A DNA stretch of 63,086 bases, filler included, from Hausera hauseri (lineage: Eukaryota): assembly GCA_046269625.1 (NCBI GenBank). It is 13 parts of 13 records of this genome, joined end to end, with 100 filler letters (N's around TTAATTAATTAA, not from the genome) between each part and the next. Parts side by side here need not be neighbours in the genome. Positions count along the whole stretch, not along the records: positions 9,516 to 15,656 come from JBJURY010134429.1; positions 15,757 to 20,469 come from JBJURY010464911.1; positions 20,570 to 24,672 come from JBJURY010760540.1; positions 24,773 to 28,832 come from JBJURY010787090.1; 9 more parts are not named here. One strand, written 5' to 3'. Below, in pieces: positions 13,200 through 25,379 of this stretch (position 1 is its first letter; each line of letters starts with the position of its first letter). The translations under genes and the position numbers were made by a program. The notes below the pieces were generated by a model that was not told where the DNA came from, searched no databases, and worked only from the letters and a program-made list of their open reading frames with translations.

Positions 13200-15656
13200 G
13201 GGGTTTTTCCTTCTTATCATATTGATCCTTATAATTTTCTTGCTGGTCCAGCTCTGATCCATGTTTCTTGTAATCTTTTCTGTAGAATTGTTTCGTAATC
13301 TGTTTCTTCTATCAGTTGTGATTACGGCATTTTATATTCCAGATCAATTGGCATAATATCGCGTCTATCATACAGTAAAAGGAATGGTGATTCTCCAGTT
13401 GTTGAATGGAAACTTTGTCGATAGGCATATACACAAAGTTTTATAGAGATCCCAATCAGCTGGGTGATCGTATACATAGTTGGATATCATAATTGAAAAT
13501 TGTTTATTAAAGGCTTCCACCGCGCCATTGACTTGAGAATGAAAAGTTGAGGTAAATTTGTAATTGACTCCTAATATTTCTAGTACTTTTTCCATAAGTT
13601 CGCTGCAAAAATTATTTCCTCTGTCAGATATCATTGTCATTGGCATTCCATATTCAATATTACGTCGTCTACTAGTCTTCTAACCATAACGTCCATGGAT
13701 TGATTTACCATTGGCATCGCTATTGGAAATTGTGAGTGGTAATATATTGCTGTAAGTACACATGTATTACTTCTGGCAGTAGTTGGTAATGGTCCTACTA
13801 CGTCTACGCCCATGCAAACAAATGGTGATGCTAAAATTGGTACCGGTTTTAGTGGTGTTTTCCTTGCTTGAAAATTTCCTCTTCTTTTTGAACATACTTG
13901 GCAATTTGTACACCAATCTTTCACGTCATCCGCTATTTTTGGCCAATAATATTTTTGCTTGAGTCAGCCTAGGGTGGCTTTATATCCTCGGTGTCCGCCT
14001 AATTGTCCGTCATGGTAGTGTAGTAAAAGCTTTGCGTGCATGTGTTTTGGTACAAAGATGAGTAAGTCTTAGCTCTCATGATAGTATATATTTCCTATAT
14101 CCATTTTATATTTATTTTTGCTCCCCTCTTTGTTAGGCTATTACGAATTTTACGAATTTCTTCATGCTTTGCTTGTTCTTTGGCTATGGCTTCGTGTGTA
14201 ATTGGTATTGTTAGAAATATGTGCATTTCTTCACTAACTTCTGCATTGTCTACTTCGTCTATCATGGTCTGAATTGGGTCAATCATTTTGTAATATTCGT
14301 ATAGGATGTCTTCAACGAACGAATATTTATAATCACTCTGTCTTCCAATTTGCTGCTTATCCTTGTTCAAAGTTTGTATAATCATATTTATTAGCTGATC
14401 TGTATCCTTGGTGCGCTTTTTTCGTGTTGTTTTAGGTACGTCCGGATGAATTCTCCGCGAATAATATTCTTTCAAATCTTGTATATCATCTTAACCGGAA
14501 TTAATTTAGTCGTTATAGCCTTGGTCAATGTCATTTTTCTGAAGTCTTGATAAGAAATCTGCATTCGCATTTGCTTTCCTTTGTCGGTATTTTATTGAGA
14601 TTTCTAAGTCTTGGATTTCCGCAGCCCATTTCATTAACTTTCGACTGGTGTCTCGTTGACTCATTAATCATTGTTGTGGTTTCTGATCAGTGATAGGATT
14701 ATTTCTCGTCCGGTTATACAATATCTAAAATATCTCAATGCATATACTATTGCATAGCATTCACGCTCGATTGTTGGCCATCCGCGTTGTCTTTCGCTTA
14801 GCATTTTACTGAGACATGCTATTATTCCTTCACGTGGTCTGTCGAGGAAGAATTGTCCTAGGACTGCTCCTATAGCGTAACCGCGGGCATCTGTCATTAT
14901 TATATATGGATAATTAGGGTCAGGAAATTGCAGTATTTGTGACGAAGTTAGGACTTGCATTAGAACCTCGAATGCTCGCTGGTGTGGTTCTTCCCAATTC
15001 CATGTTGTTCCTTTCTTGGTTAATGCTACTAGTGGTTTAACTATTCTTGCAAAGTTATATACAAATTTCCTATAGTAATTAGCCATTCCTAATAGTCTTT
15101 GTAATTCCTTGAGATATTTGGCGGTTTTAATTTTTTAAGTTTTTCTACATTTCTGGGATCATGTTGATTTCCTTTACTTGATACCACGTGTCCGAGAAAG
15201 GTGACAGTATTTTTAGCAAATTCACATTTTTTAACTTGATTTTTAAATGAGCCTGCTTCAGTCGATCGAATACTTGTGAAATATTTTCTAGATGTTGATA
15301 AAAATTTTTAGAAAATATTATTACGTCATCTATGTAAACTATACAACAAGTGATTCCTTGTAATACAAAATTCATACACCTCTGAAATGTTGCGAGTCCT
15401 CCTGTCAAACCAAAAGGCATGACGTTAAATTCCCATAATCCAGTTCCAGTAGAGAAGGCTATCTTTTGCTTATACTCTTCGGCAACTTCGACTTGCCCGA
15501 ATCCGCATTGTAAATCCAAGGTGGTGAATATTGCAGCATTTCTTAAATCGGTGAGTATTTTATTTATCTTTGGTAATGGGTAATTACCCTTCTTGGTAAC
15601 ATTACTTACTGCTCTAACATCTATACAGAATTATTCTGCTCCGTCGTCATTCTGTA
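13200..15656 (-). mobile_element. Ty3/Gypsy LTR retrotransposon pol (RT - RNase H - integrase), decayed
   Basis: RT motifs MPFGL and YIDDVIIFS; RNase H IMTDA..YAIGAVL and IERECYAIV; integrase Zn finger (HRG...CQVC) and D,D35E (GVDVVGPL, SDRG, VEAFN). Domain order RT-RH-IN. Confidence 0.93.
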
Positions 15657-16162
15657 NNNNNNNNNNNNNNNNNNNNNNNNNNNNNNNNNNNNNNNNNNNN
15701 TTAATTAATTAANNNNNNNNNNNNNNNNNNNNNNNNNNNNNNNNNNNNNNNNNNNNCATGGGACAAAGCGAGGCTGTCTATCTAAATCTTGGCATCTGTA
15801 ACTCTTGTTACTAAGACAGCTGATAAAAACCCCTCTTCAGCTCCTGCTGTTCAGTCTGTTCACAAGGATATAGTAGTTAAAGTATTTCTCCCGGGAGCAG
15901 CTGTTGGAGAGCAGGTTGTACAGTATATGTCTGTCTGGTTGAGGGTTGTTTTTTGCTGACGCAGCTGTTTTCTCTCACAGGGCTCAAGGCAACATGCCCT
16001 ATCATACAACAGTAAAGATGGATAGCTTTTCATATGTTCTTTAAATTCCATCAGCACATCAGCATGTAGGTTTGACTCAAGCATGATTTTCTCTGTTGTT
16101 TATATGAAATTTGTTTGAAGACATAAAACTTGAATTAGAGATTACTGATTGATGATTGTCCT

Positions 16163-19100
16163 TCAGGTTTGAAGATGACCACCCTTTCTCTTTTTGGCAG
16201 TTTGTGTTCCATGAGTCCTCAGGTGGCTCACAAGACCTGCCCTAGATCGGCAGCTTTTTCCACATTCGGGGCATGCAACTCCAGTGGTGTGGGGGACGGC
16301 GATCGTTGCCTTTCTATTTTCCCTCTTGGCAATGGCCGAGGCCCTTCTAGTTTCCTCGTAGAGTGCAGCTTTCTCATAAATGATATTTCGCCAGGTGTCC
16401 CTGCACTTTGCTGATCTTTCCCACTGTGATTGGCTGATATTGAACTCAGACAGAGTTGCCTTTATCATGTCCTTATACCTTTTCTTTGGACGTCCCCGGC
16501 ATCTTGATCCATTTGATAGCTGTCCAAACAGAATGGCTTTTGGAATGCGGTAATCTGGCATGCGAATGACATGTCCGGTCCAGCGCAGGTGAGACTTCTT
16601 GATTAGTGTGTGGATACTGACAGATCCTGCTCTAGTCAAAACTTCTGTGTCTGGAATCCGGTCCTGCCATCTGATATGCAAAAGTTTCCTTAGATTAATC
16701 AGGTGGAAGTGGTTTAGCTTACGCAAGTGTCTGCTGTACAGGGTCCACGTTTCACAGCCATAGAGTAGAACGGGAATTACAGCAGCAGCGTACACCCGTA
16801 GCTTTGTATTCACTGAGACACCTGGCCTGTTCCACACAGAGCTTCGCATTCTACCAAAAGCTACACTGGCCTTTGCTATTCTGGCATCAACTTCTGCATC
16901 CGCCAAAGCATTGTTGGAAAGAGTGCTGCCAAGATAAACAAACTTGGAGACGTTGTTTAAGCTAGCTCCATTGACAGTCAGTAATGGTTCCCTGGGCTGT
17001 GTCCCTGGTGCAGGCTGATGCATGACAACTGTTTTGCTGGTGGAAATTGTCAAGCCAAAGTCAGCACAAGCTTTTGAAAACAGGTCCAGACTTAGCTGCA
17101 ACTCAGCTTCAGAGTTCGCATTTAATGCAGCGTCATCAGCAAACAGGAGTTCATTCACCGATGTATTGCGTACTTTAGACTTTGTCGTCAACCGCTTTAA
17201 GTTGAACAATCCACCATCAAGTCTGTAAGTGATTGGGACTCCAAGCTTTTGGCCATGGAAGGCACTATACAGCATTGCTGAGAACATAATGCTGAACAGC
17301 ATAGGGGCAAGCACACAGCCTTGCTTGACTCCGTTTGTTACATCAAAAGGGCTGGATAGGTCTGACTCATCTCTCACTCTGGCCATCATACCGTCATGGA
17401 ATTGTCTGATCATCACAATAAAGTGCTGAGGACACCCAAATTTGGACAGGATTAACCAGAGTCCTTCCCTATTTACGGTGTCAAAGGCTTTTGTCAGGTC
17501 GATGAAGGCCACATACAGGTCCATATTTTGCTCCTGACACTTCTCTTGAATTTGCCTAGCTGCAAATATCATGTCAACAGTGCCCCTGTTCTCACGGAAG
17601 CCACATTGGCTTTCGGGCAGCATGAAGCCCAGGTGGTTTACAAGACGGTTTAGTAGGATTCTAGCCAATATTTTGCCCGCTATTGAAAGGAGAGATATCC
17701 CTCTATGGCTATCACAACACTGCCTATTTCCTTTATTTTCGTAAAGGTGGATAATAGTGGCATCCTTGAAGTCTTGTGGGATCTTCCCTTGAGCCCACAT
17801 TTCATCAAACATTTCGGTTAACTTCATTATTAGGTTGGTGCCACCAGCTTTGAAGACTTCCGCAGGTATAGCATCGGAGCCGGGTGCTTTCCCATTTGAA
17901 AGGGATTTTATAGCTTCTTGAGTTTCCAATGGGGTTGGTTCAGCATCGAGCCTATCGTTTATAATGACCTGTGGAAGTTTACTAATTGCCTCCATGCTCA
18001 TCAGTGAGGGGCAATTGAGGACAGAATTAAAGTGTTCAGCCCAGCGCTCCAGTATATCTTGTTTATCAGTTATTACAGTGGTTCCATCCTTACTCAAAAC
18101 TGGCGAGGTACCTGATTTGCGAGGACCATAGATGGCACGCAGAGAGCTGTAAAAGTTCTTTTGGTCATTTCGTTGAGCAAAGCCTTCAATTTCTTCTGCC
18201 CTTTCGTTTAGCCAGCTGTCACGCATTTTCCTTAATTCGCGCTGCACGTAGTTACGGGCTTTACGGAATTCCTCCCTTTTCAGAGCATTATCTGGTTCAT
18301 CCAGGCTTGCGCGATGAAGACGGTGTTTTTCTTCTAACAGCTCTTTTATTACTGTGTCATTTTCATCGAACCAATCCCTGTGTTTTCGAGTTTGGAACCC
18401 TAAGGTGGAAGCATTTGAGTAAACTGTGTCTTTAAACATGGCCCGGCTCCCCTCTGTATCTTCGGCTTTTGCATGGAAGTTTTCCAGTTTCGCATCTAGT
18501 GAGTTGGCAAGCTCTTTGGCACATTGGTTGTCTCGGATCTTTGATGTGTTGATCCGCTTGGGCTTTTTTGTGCTATATGGACGATGTGGTGGTATGACTC
18601 TTAAGTTCAGTTTCACTATTATTAATCTGTGGTCAGTCCAGCAGTCGGCTCCGCATTGGGACTTTGTTACTCTAACGTCACACAGATCGTTTCTTTTCAC
18701 CAGCACATAGTCAATGAGATGCCAATGTTTTGAGCGAGGGTGCATCCATGAAGTTTTTTGCCTCATCGGTAAGCTGAAAAAAGTGTTTGTGACTGCTAGG
18801 CCATACTTTGCACAAAAACTTAACAACATTAGGCCATTTTCGTTGCAGCTGCCTATGCCGTGGTGACCTAGGATGCCATCCCAAGTTTCAAAATCTGACC
18901 CCACTCTGGCATTAAAGTCGCCTAGGATAATTAGCTTTTCCTTTCTTGGTAGAGAGCTAATTACTGTCTCAAGATCTTCATAGAACTTTTCCTTTGTTTC
19001 ATCTGAGTTAGTCATGGTGGGGGCATATACACTGATTATTGTCGCAAACTGTTTCTTAGCAAGTGGAAGACGCATGGTCATGAGGCGATCATTTATCGCC

Positions 19101-19426
19101 TTTGGCAATGATGTGAGCTTTTGTACTAGTTGAGTTTTAATGGCAAAACCAACGCCAGCTTCACGCCGTTCCTCTCTTGGCCTTCCACTCCAGAAAAAAG
19201 TGTATCCTGCACCTGCCTCCGTCAGCTGACCTACTCCTGGTAGTCGTGTTTCACTCAGTGCTGCGATTTCGACATTGTATCTGCCCAGTTCTCTGGCCAC
19301 CAGAGCAGTCTTTCTTTCAGGTCCGTCTGTTTCCTGTCTGTCAAGAAGGGTTCTAATATTCCATGCTCCCATCTTCATTGGGATTATTTTACTATTCTTT
19401 TTATTTCGACCGCAAAGTTGGGACAC
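16163..19426 (-). CDS. RTE-clade non-LTR retrotransposon ORF (AP endonuclease + reverse transcriptase + C-terminal C2H2 finger), intact
   Basis: Uninterrupted 1087 aa. APE motifs WNIRTL, LSETR, GDFNA, TDH; RT motifs GVKQGC and LFADD; C-terminal CPECGKSC...H...H. First ATG at about 19378. Confidence 0.96.
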   Translation of the reverse strand: MSQLCGRNKKNSKIIPMKMGAWNIRTLLDRQETDGPERKTALVARELGRYNVEIAALSETRLPGVGQLTEAGAGYTFFWSGRPREERREAGVGFAIKTQLVQKLTSLPKAINDRLMTMRLPLAKKQFATIISVYAPTMTNSDETKEKFYEDLETVISSLPRKEKLIILGDFNARVGSDFETWDGILGHHGIGSCNENGLMLLSFCAKYGLAVTNTFFSLPMRQKTSWMHPRSKHWHLIDYVLVKRNDLCDVRVTKSQCGADCWTDHRLIIVKLNLRVIPPHRPYSTKKPKRINTSKIRDNQCAKELANSLDAKLENFHAKAEDTEGSRAMFKDTVYSNASTLGFQTRKHRDWFDENDTVIKELLEEKHRLHRASLDEPDNALKREEFRKARNYVQRELRKMRDSWLNERAEEIEGFAQRNDQKNFYSSLRAIYGPRKSGTSPVLSKDGTTVITDKQDILERWAEHFNSVLNCPSLMSMEAISKLPQVIINDRLDAEPTPLETQEAIKSLSNGKAPGSDAIPAEVFKAGGTNLIMKLTEMFDEMWAQGKIPQDFKDATIIHLYENKGNRQCCDSHRGISLLSIAGKILARILLNRLVNHLGFMLPESQCGFRENRGTVDMIFAARQIQEKCQEQNMDLYVAFIDLTKAFDTVNREGLWLILSKFGCPQHFIVMIRQFHDGMMARVRDESDLSSPFDVTNGVKQGCVLAPMLFSIMFSAMLYSAFHGQKLGVPITYRLDGGLFNLKRLTTKSKVRNTSVNELLFADDAALNANSEAELQLSLDLFSKACADFGLTISTSKTVVMHQPAPGTQPREPLLTVNGASLNNVSKFVYLGSTLSNNALADAEVDARIAKASVAFGRMRSSVWNRPGVSVNTKLRVYAAAVIPVLLYGCETWTLYSRHLRKLNHFHLINLRKLLHIRWQDRIPDTEVLTRAGSVSIHTLIKKSHLRWTGHVIRMPDYRIPKAILFGQLSNGSRCRGRPKKRYKDMIKATLSEFNISQSQWERSAKCRDTWRNIIYEKAALYEETRRASAIAKRENRKATIAVPHTTGVACPECGKSCRSRAGLVSHLRTHGTQTAKKRKGGHLQT

Positions 19427-20190
19427 CCATCAGCCGCGGTATGCTGATCAGGTTAGATGAAAACAGGCAATGTTTGAGGCACCTTTTCTAGCCTCCTCCC
19501 CAGTTTAGGGGTGAGCAGTGCAATCCTAAATAGGGCTGCTCAGTCACCTAGGTTGCTGCCGAAATTCACTGCTGTTTTCGTTCAATGAATGACGACCCAA
19601 TAGCCTGGGTCGCCTACGTGCAGGTCTACAACTACGGCTCCCAGTCTGCCAAACCTGCCAGTTTCACTGCGTGCCTGTCGCCGTAGGGCTTTTAAGAGTC
19701 GGGTGTTAAGCGCTGACAATTTGTTTTTAGTGAGGGAGAGTCGCGCACGTCAACCTCACTCTTTAGTCCAGTGCACCTTTAAGCCAGTGGCTAGAAAGGG
19801 TCGATACGACTGGAAAGTGCATGGATGTAGTGGCTGGCCATAGTCTTTTAATATGCCTAGACGTGCCCTCAGGTTCACCACACAACCTTGCTCACCTCGC
19901 CGCACTGTTCGTTTAACTGTATAACCATCAGTTCGCACAGATTGCCGAGGACAGACTTCACTTGCTAGGGTAGGCATACCCAGAGAACGAGAGGTAATGA
20001 CCCTGCGGCTACCCTCACCTGGTTTAGCCCGCCTTGTTGAAGCGGTTTACCGGGGTGTACCCGCTGTCGCATGCTTACAGCTACTTGGAGGTACAGGTGA
20101 GAGCTGGGCATTGGGTGGGGACCAAAGATAGGAAAGCTGCTCTTACTAACACAACAAGCAAACCTGTCAGAGGTACTACCCCTATCCAAG

Positions 20191-20366
20191 CAGAGCCGGC
20201 CCGAGGGCGAGGAAGGTGAGGCACTTGCCTCAGGGCGCCACGATACGGGGGCGCCAAAATCGATGAAAAAAATACGAATTCTCAATAAACGTTAACTATT
20301 TAAGAAATTTAGGGGCGCCAATTTAACCTTCTGCCTCAGGTGAAAAAATACCTCGGTCCGGCTCTG
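20191..20366. mobile_element. hAT-type MITE (176 bp) inserted in the RTE 5' UTR
   Basis: 16-bp terminal inverted repeat (TIR) cagagccggcccgagg / cctcggtccggctctg with 1 mismatch, flanked by a perfect 8-bp TSD tatccaag (20183-20190, 20367-20374). Confidence 0.93.
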
Positions 20367-20408
20367 TATCCAAGTACCCCTTACATCCCGATATTTACAT
20401 AGCATCTG

Positions 20409-20469
20409 CAGGGGCGGCTTTAGGCATGTGCAAGCTGTGCACCTGCACAGGGCCGCCACAGCACAGGGG
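20409..20469. mobile_element. Probable left end of a second hAT-type MITE, truncated by the contig end
   Basis: Begins caggggcggctttagg, resembling the adjacent MITE terminus, and contains a similar internal gcacctgcacagggccgcca motif. Confidence 0.5.
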
Positions 20470-20569
20470 NNNNNNNNNNNNNNNNNNNNNNNNNNNNNNN
20501 NNNNNNNNNNNNNTTAATTAATTAANNNNNNNNNNNNNNNNNNNNNNNNNNNNNNNNNNNNNNNNNNNN

Positions 20570-20651
20570 TTTTTATAAAATTTAAAATGTTTTACGAAAG
20601 TTAATAATTAATATACAATTTAAATTTTATCAATCGAGTTTCCCCTCCACA
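20570..20651 (-). repeat. LTR-like terminus (TGTGGAGGGGAAACTC...), copy 1
   Basis: About 80 bp nearly identical to 48322-48403. Identity stops exactly at ...ACA, and both copies run into contig ends. Confidence 0.75.
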
Positions 20652-23539
20652 CGACTCACTATGGCAAATAGAGTATTGCATTTTATGTAATAATAAAATT
20701 AAAGGAGTTAACGTCACGATTCCGGAAAAATCAGTTTTATCATTTCATCGCCTCATCACACCAATTTCGACATTTTGCAAAGTCGTCTCAGCCAAAACTT
20801 TTCAGAACTTTGGTCAAAAAGTTGAATATCGGAAGATTTGCGGAACCAGAACAGAAAATATAATAAAAGTCTTATCATTGTCATTACCTGCAGTCTGACA
20901 TGCTGCAGCGGCAAACTCTTTATAAACAGATGACCTCGTATTTTCAACTGTACCTGTATGTTGAATGCCATATTCTGAAATCTTTAGCCAACTGGATAGA
21001 ACACTTCAATAGCAGATTTCTGCAATACACACAATGGGTCCTTATTTATTTTGGCAATGGTTTATCATTTATTATAGGTTGAAAATAGTGAACCGGAAGT
21101 TATGCGGCTATGAGGAGTTCATATTCCTGAGTCAGATCTGTCGCAGCTTTAGTACAAGCAACATGCAGCAAAATGGATGGCATTTGGATAAATCTGCATT
21201 GTATACAACGGTAGCACCTGTTGCCTGCAGATGTATCCACGCTATTCACATTATCGCCCAGCTTCGGTAAGGTTGGAAAATCCCCCCTGGTATGCCTGCT
21301 GAATCAGAATTGACATCAAAACTAGCAATAAAAACGATTTGAACAGTAATTTTCCAGCGAGGATCAAAAATGTCAGGAAGTTGTAAATCAAAGTTTGTAC
21401 AAAGCCAACGGAATATTCAATAATTACAATGCTTCGAAATTTCCCATCAGGTCTGTGATAATCTGAAATTCTGCTTCACTTTGGACTAATTACTTAATTT
21501 CAATGATGGACCTGCCAATTTGAAAAATTTTACAAATGCGTTGAGCATTTCGATAAACGATGAGTCCGGATGAGAAATCAAATCGGTAAGATTGGTGCCA
21601 TTATATGAAATCCCTGCGTTGCAACAAAATGCCCATAAAGGTACACGAAGCATGACGACAGAAATATGCGTATTCGAGTAAAGAAAAATAGACAAACGGC
21701 TGCAACGAGTAAGTCGAATTTAATCGCAGAAACGTTTATGATGTTGCAGGAAACAATCTTTGTGAAATGGAGAAATTTTGGAGAGTGTTTATATTGAAGC
21801 AATTTGAGCAAGAATTTAAGGAATAAGGGGAGTTTAAATCAGGAAGTAATTGCCATTTGGAAGGAACGGTCATTGCTGAAGTAGGAATAAGAGTTTACAA
21901 ATACACAAATGAATTTTACATTTAATTTCCAACTAACTATTTTACTAATATTTGCTCACCGAACCAACATTTTACATTAAACAAACGGGCTAAGAACAGT
22001 CGCAATTTTCCAAAAAAAAACGAACTCAAAACATTTCACAAGTTCCCCCAATTGTCAAATGGATCAAATTTGTCTGTAACGTTTGAATTATTTCTATTAT
22101 CATTTTATACAAAACAAATTCGGTCCATACGAAATTTTATTTCGACACACTCAAATTCGAGTTTGTATTCAATCCGTAATTTATAACGGATTTATGGCGG
22201 ATTTTACCCCATGAAATGTTTCTAATTGTAAATAAAATGTCATTTTCATGCCGTACGATTTACGCCGCGTATAAAACTGCCGATCTGGTCACATTTGGCC
22301 TGTTTTACGCTGTTTTGTTTGAAAATGTTCATATTTTACATTCAGTTGGTTTGTTTGAACATTTGTCAATAACAAATTCTGTATCGCGTTCTCCCATTTT
22401 TTATTGCCTCTGCAGGCATTTCTCGTGTCCACATGGAATCCAATTGGTGATTTGTTGATTAAATTTCTGTTTGTTTGAATAAATAAATTTTTTGCTGGCT
22501 TTTACAAATATCAAATGTCGTACACGATTTGTCTTGTTCCCTAATTATGAATTAGCCCCCAACTGCTGTTAGCAAAATCCATATCGGATTGGTTTATAAT
22601 CCAATGCAGGCAGTATCGTGTCATCGTGTGTGTATGTGACATACTATTCAATCCATGTAGTGTGTATGATGGGACTGTGTGTATTTGTGAATGAGAATCT
22701 ATGTAAAATATATTTATCAAACAGAGAAATTGATGATGATATTTGCTGGCGTAATTTGTACATCATTACTGATTATGGGGCATGAAAATGAACAAATTTA
22801 TTTACAATTTACTCATTTATCAGATGGGACATTATTATTTATTGAACGAATTGATTAAGTAATTCAAATTCAAATTGAAATTATTGATCAATTCAATGAG
22901 GGGAATTTTATGAAATTAATGGAATTTATTGTGGCATAAAATCAGATTTGCGATACAATTAAATCTAACAAAACTATTCCATAGTCAACCAATTCAATGT
23001 GTGTGTGTGTGTGTGTGTGTAATAGCCACAAATAACATTCCAATGGTGCTGATAATGAATAAGAATCATTTTCATTGATTAACGAAATACCGAATTGACA
23101 TCTCTCATTAAGAAGAAGGAAAATTACACACCAATTGTCATCTATAACGAACTATTCGCATTGCAAACGATATTTACCGAAAACGAGATTTTGTCAAAAT
23201 GAAGTTAAACGATCCAATTTGGTTGATATTGAGTCAAACAATTATGAGCACATACAGATGCCATTTAAGTTTGATTATGGCTGCTAATGACAGCAGTTCA
23301 GACCGAACCACACAAATGTCATTACTTTCTTACCTTTACCCAATAAGATGAGCCATGGCAATACACACACACACAATGGAATTCAAGGTCATGCACGAGG
23401 TTTGAATATTGGTGAAAATTCCGTTTCAGATGGAAATTATTCATGAGTAAAATCTTATCATTAGAAATCGGAATGCCAGTTGTGTTGTACCACACACACA
23501 CACACACACACACACATACGAACGTAACAATTTATATCA

Positions 23540-24200
23540 ATTTTCAAAAATCGCCATAACTAATCAGATTCAGATCATCCATTCCCGTCTGAAATGAAAC
23601 TGAAATTTTTGTCATTTAGCAATTCCCTTTGCAAAATTCAAAACTGAACAAGACAAAAATTAATACCTTTCCCAAATGTAGTTTATAACTTACACATTCC
23701 ATACCGATTCACTGAATAATTTACCGTCGATCCCCATGAAATTTAACAGTATTTAAACTACATGAACCAAAAAACGTTTATCAATATTCATATTGGAAAT
23801 CCAAAGAAGAACAAAACAAATTACCTCCAACTCAGCAATAAACGATTTCTCCACCAAATAATCCATCTCATCAATAATCAAATATTTCTAATTTGTCAAA
23901 TCCAATTGATCATTTTGTCCAAATGTTCTAACATTCTACCCAACGTCGATATGACTATATTTACATCTTTTATCTTTCTCCATTCATCTTTTTTCCATAA
24001 CTAAACAACAGTAACAATTGATTTTAACGCTCAATAATAAAGTAATATTTTACCTGAGATTTACCTTCAACAACACTGATTTTAGTTATATTTGACAAAT
24101 GTTTCATAAATTTTGTCAAAATGCTAATAATTTCCTATGCCAATTCGGCGGTGGGCACCAGAATTATTGACTGAATGCCGACATTTTTTTACATTTCTGT
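23540..24200 (-). pseudogene. DEAD-box RNA helicase fragment with short introns, decayed
   Basis: Motif Ia SIILVPTAELA*, motif Ib IVISTLGRMLEHL, motif II LIIDEMDYL followed by a GT donor; weak GMD motif V. Contains in-frame stops. Confidence 0.65.
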
Positions 24201-24794
24201 TTCCCGAGAATTTCCCAAATAGAAACGAGAAAAACTAATGTAATAACAACAACTTTTTCTTTAAGACAAAGTGGTATTCCTTTTAATTGCACTTCTGTTG
24301 CTAAAAAATAAACCCTAATTTATTTAATGAATCGACTAAGTACTGAGATAATTTCAAAAAACTGAAAAATAATCCATTGATTCCATTTGTGTCACATTTT
24401 ACATCAAAATTGTGATTATTAAAACAAAGTTATGACAAATAATACCATGAGTATTTCATCTGTTGTCAAATGCATGATTTCGTTTTTATTTCGGTCATCT
24501 TGTACTGTGCTTTAATGTTTTATATGCCGATGAAGAAATTTTAATTTTATTTAAATGTTTTGCGTAAAACACAAAATTTTGTATTTTATCGAGTACAAAA
24601 TACCGAAGCATTCAAATTCTAAACGAAAATCCGACAGTATTGTACATGTACTATTAAATATTCGCACTGAACNNNNNNNNNNNNNNNNNNNNNNNNNNNN
24701 NNNNNNNNNNNNNNNNTTAATTAATTAANNNNNNNNNNNNNNNNNNNNNNNNNNNNNNNNNNNNNNNNNNNNCCTGCAAAGGTATTGAATTCTT

Positions 24795-24899
24795 AAGTCG
24801 GGGAATCGGATCGGACTACTGACCCAACGCGGCGACAACGGACGCCCGGCCGTGCCCGACCAAATGGGTCAAAGGGCACCGGCCGCTGTGGGCACCACA
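24795..24899 (-). repeat. GC-rich TGTGGTGCCC terminal repeat (type A) of the cargo-cassette retroelement family
   Basis: Reverse complement starts tgtggtgcccacagcggccggtgccctttgacccatttggtcgggcacgg. Homologous to 44139-44245, 33349-33455 and 34929-35010. Confidence 0.85.
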
Positions 24900-25180
24900 G
24901 TCAACATTGCACTGATTTGCATTGTTTTGACTGTAACATATTTAATTATAAATTTCAAAGGCCTGCATTGCAATGCCCCATTAGTGACAAGAAAACGTTC
25001 TTCTGTTCCCTCGACCTTGATGGGTTAATTTTAAGTATTTTGAATGGTGATCGCTCGAAATCTACCGAAATCATTAATTTTAACAAACTGGATCAGTGGA
25101 AACCAGGTTTTAAGAAAGTACCTGGTATTCATAACGAGAACACTGATTTTTACAATGTGAAAGAATTTTTCCTCGCATAG
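24900..25180 (+). pseudogene. PIAS/Siz-like SP-RING (zf-MIZ) fragment
   Basis: HCTDLHCFDC...PALQCPISDKK...LDLDGLILSIL matches the SP-RING pattern CxHLQCFD...WxCPVC...LxIDG. The 5' end is cut by the repeat at 24899. Confidence 0.7.
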
Positions 25181-25379
25181 ATATGCCGATAAATTACGAT
25201 AGTTTTATTTCTAACCTAAAGTCAAATTACAGTACTGAATCTAATATTAAGAAACTCATTCACCACATTCTGCAAAATCCTAAGACAGTGTCTCTTTTTA
25301 GTAAATTTAAAGAATTGTTTTACTTTGAAAGATTCCCTTCAGTGATAATATAGCAGATTAATAAATATTGTTTAAAATT

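Larger units (their letters stand above)
16140..20389 (-). mobile_element. Near full-length RTE element: about 1 kb structured 5' UTR and short (ATC)-type 3' tail
   Basis: GC-rich 5' leader 19427-20389. Short aatcatcaatcag tail just after the stop codon. No clear target-site duplication (TSD) found. Confidence 0.7.

Noticed and set aside
20750-21900. Possible decayed LINE endonuclease on the minus strand (LW...NG..L.DLI, DYHRP)
   Set aside because: Motifs are too weak and fragmented to support without a profile search.
24795-24899. GC-rich repeat as a tRNA-derived SINE, spliced-leader RNA or ribozyme
   Set aside because: No A/B boxes, Sm site, or hammerhead/HDV core found. The sharp TGT terminus and inverted partner copies fit an element end better.
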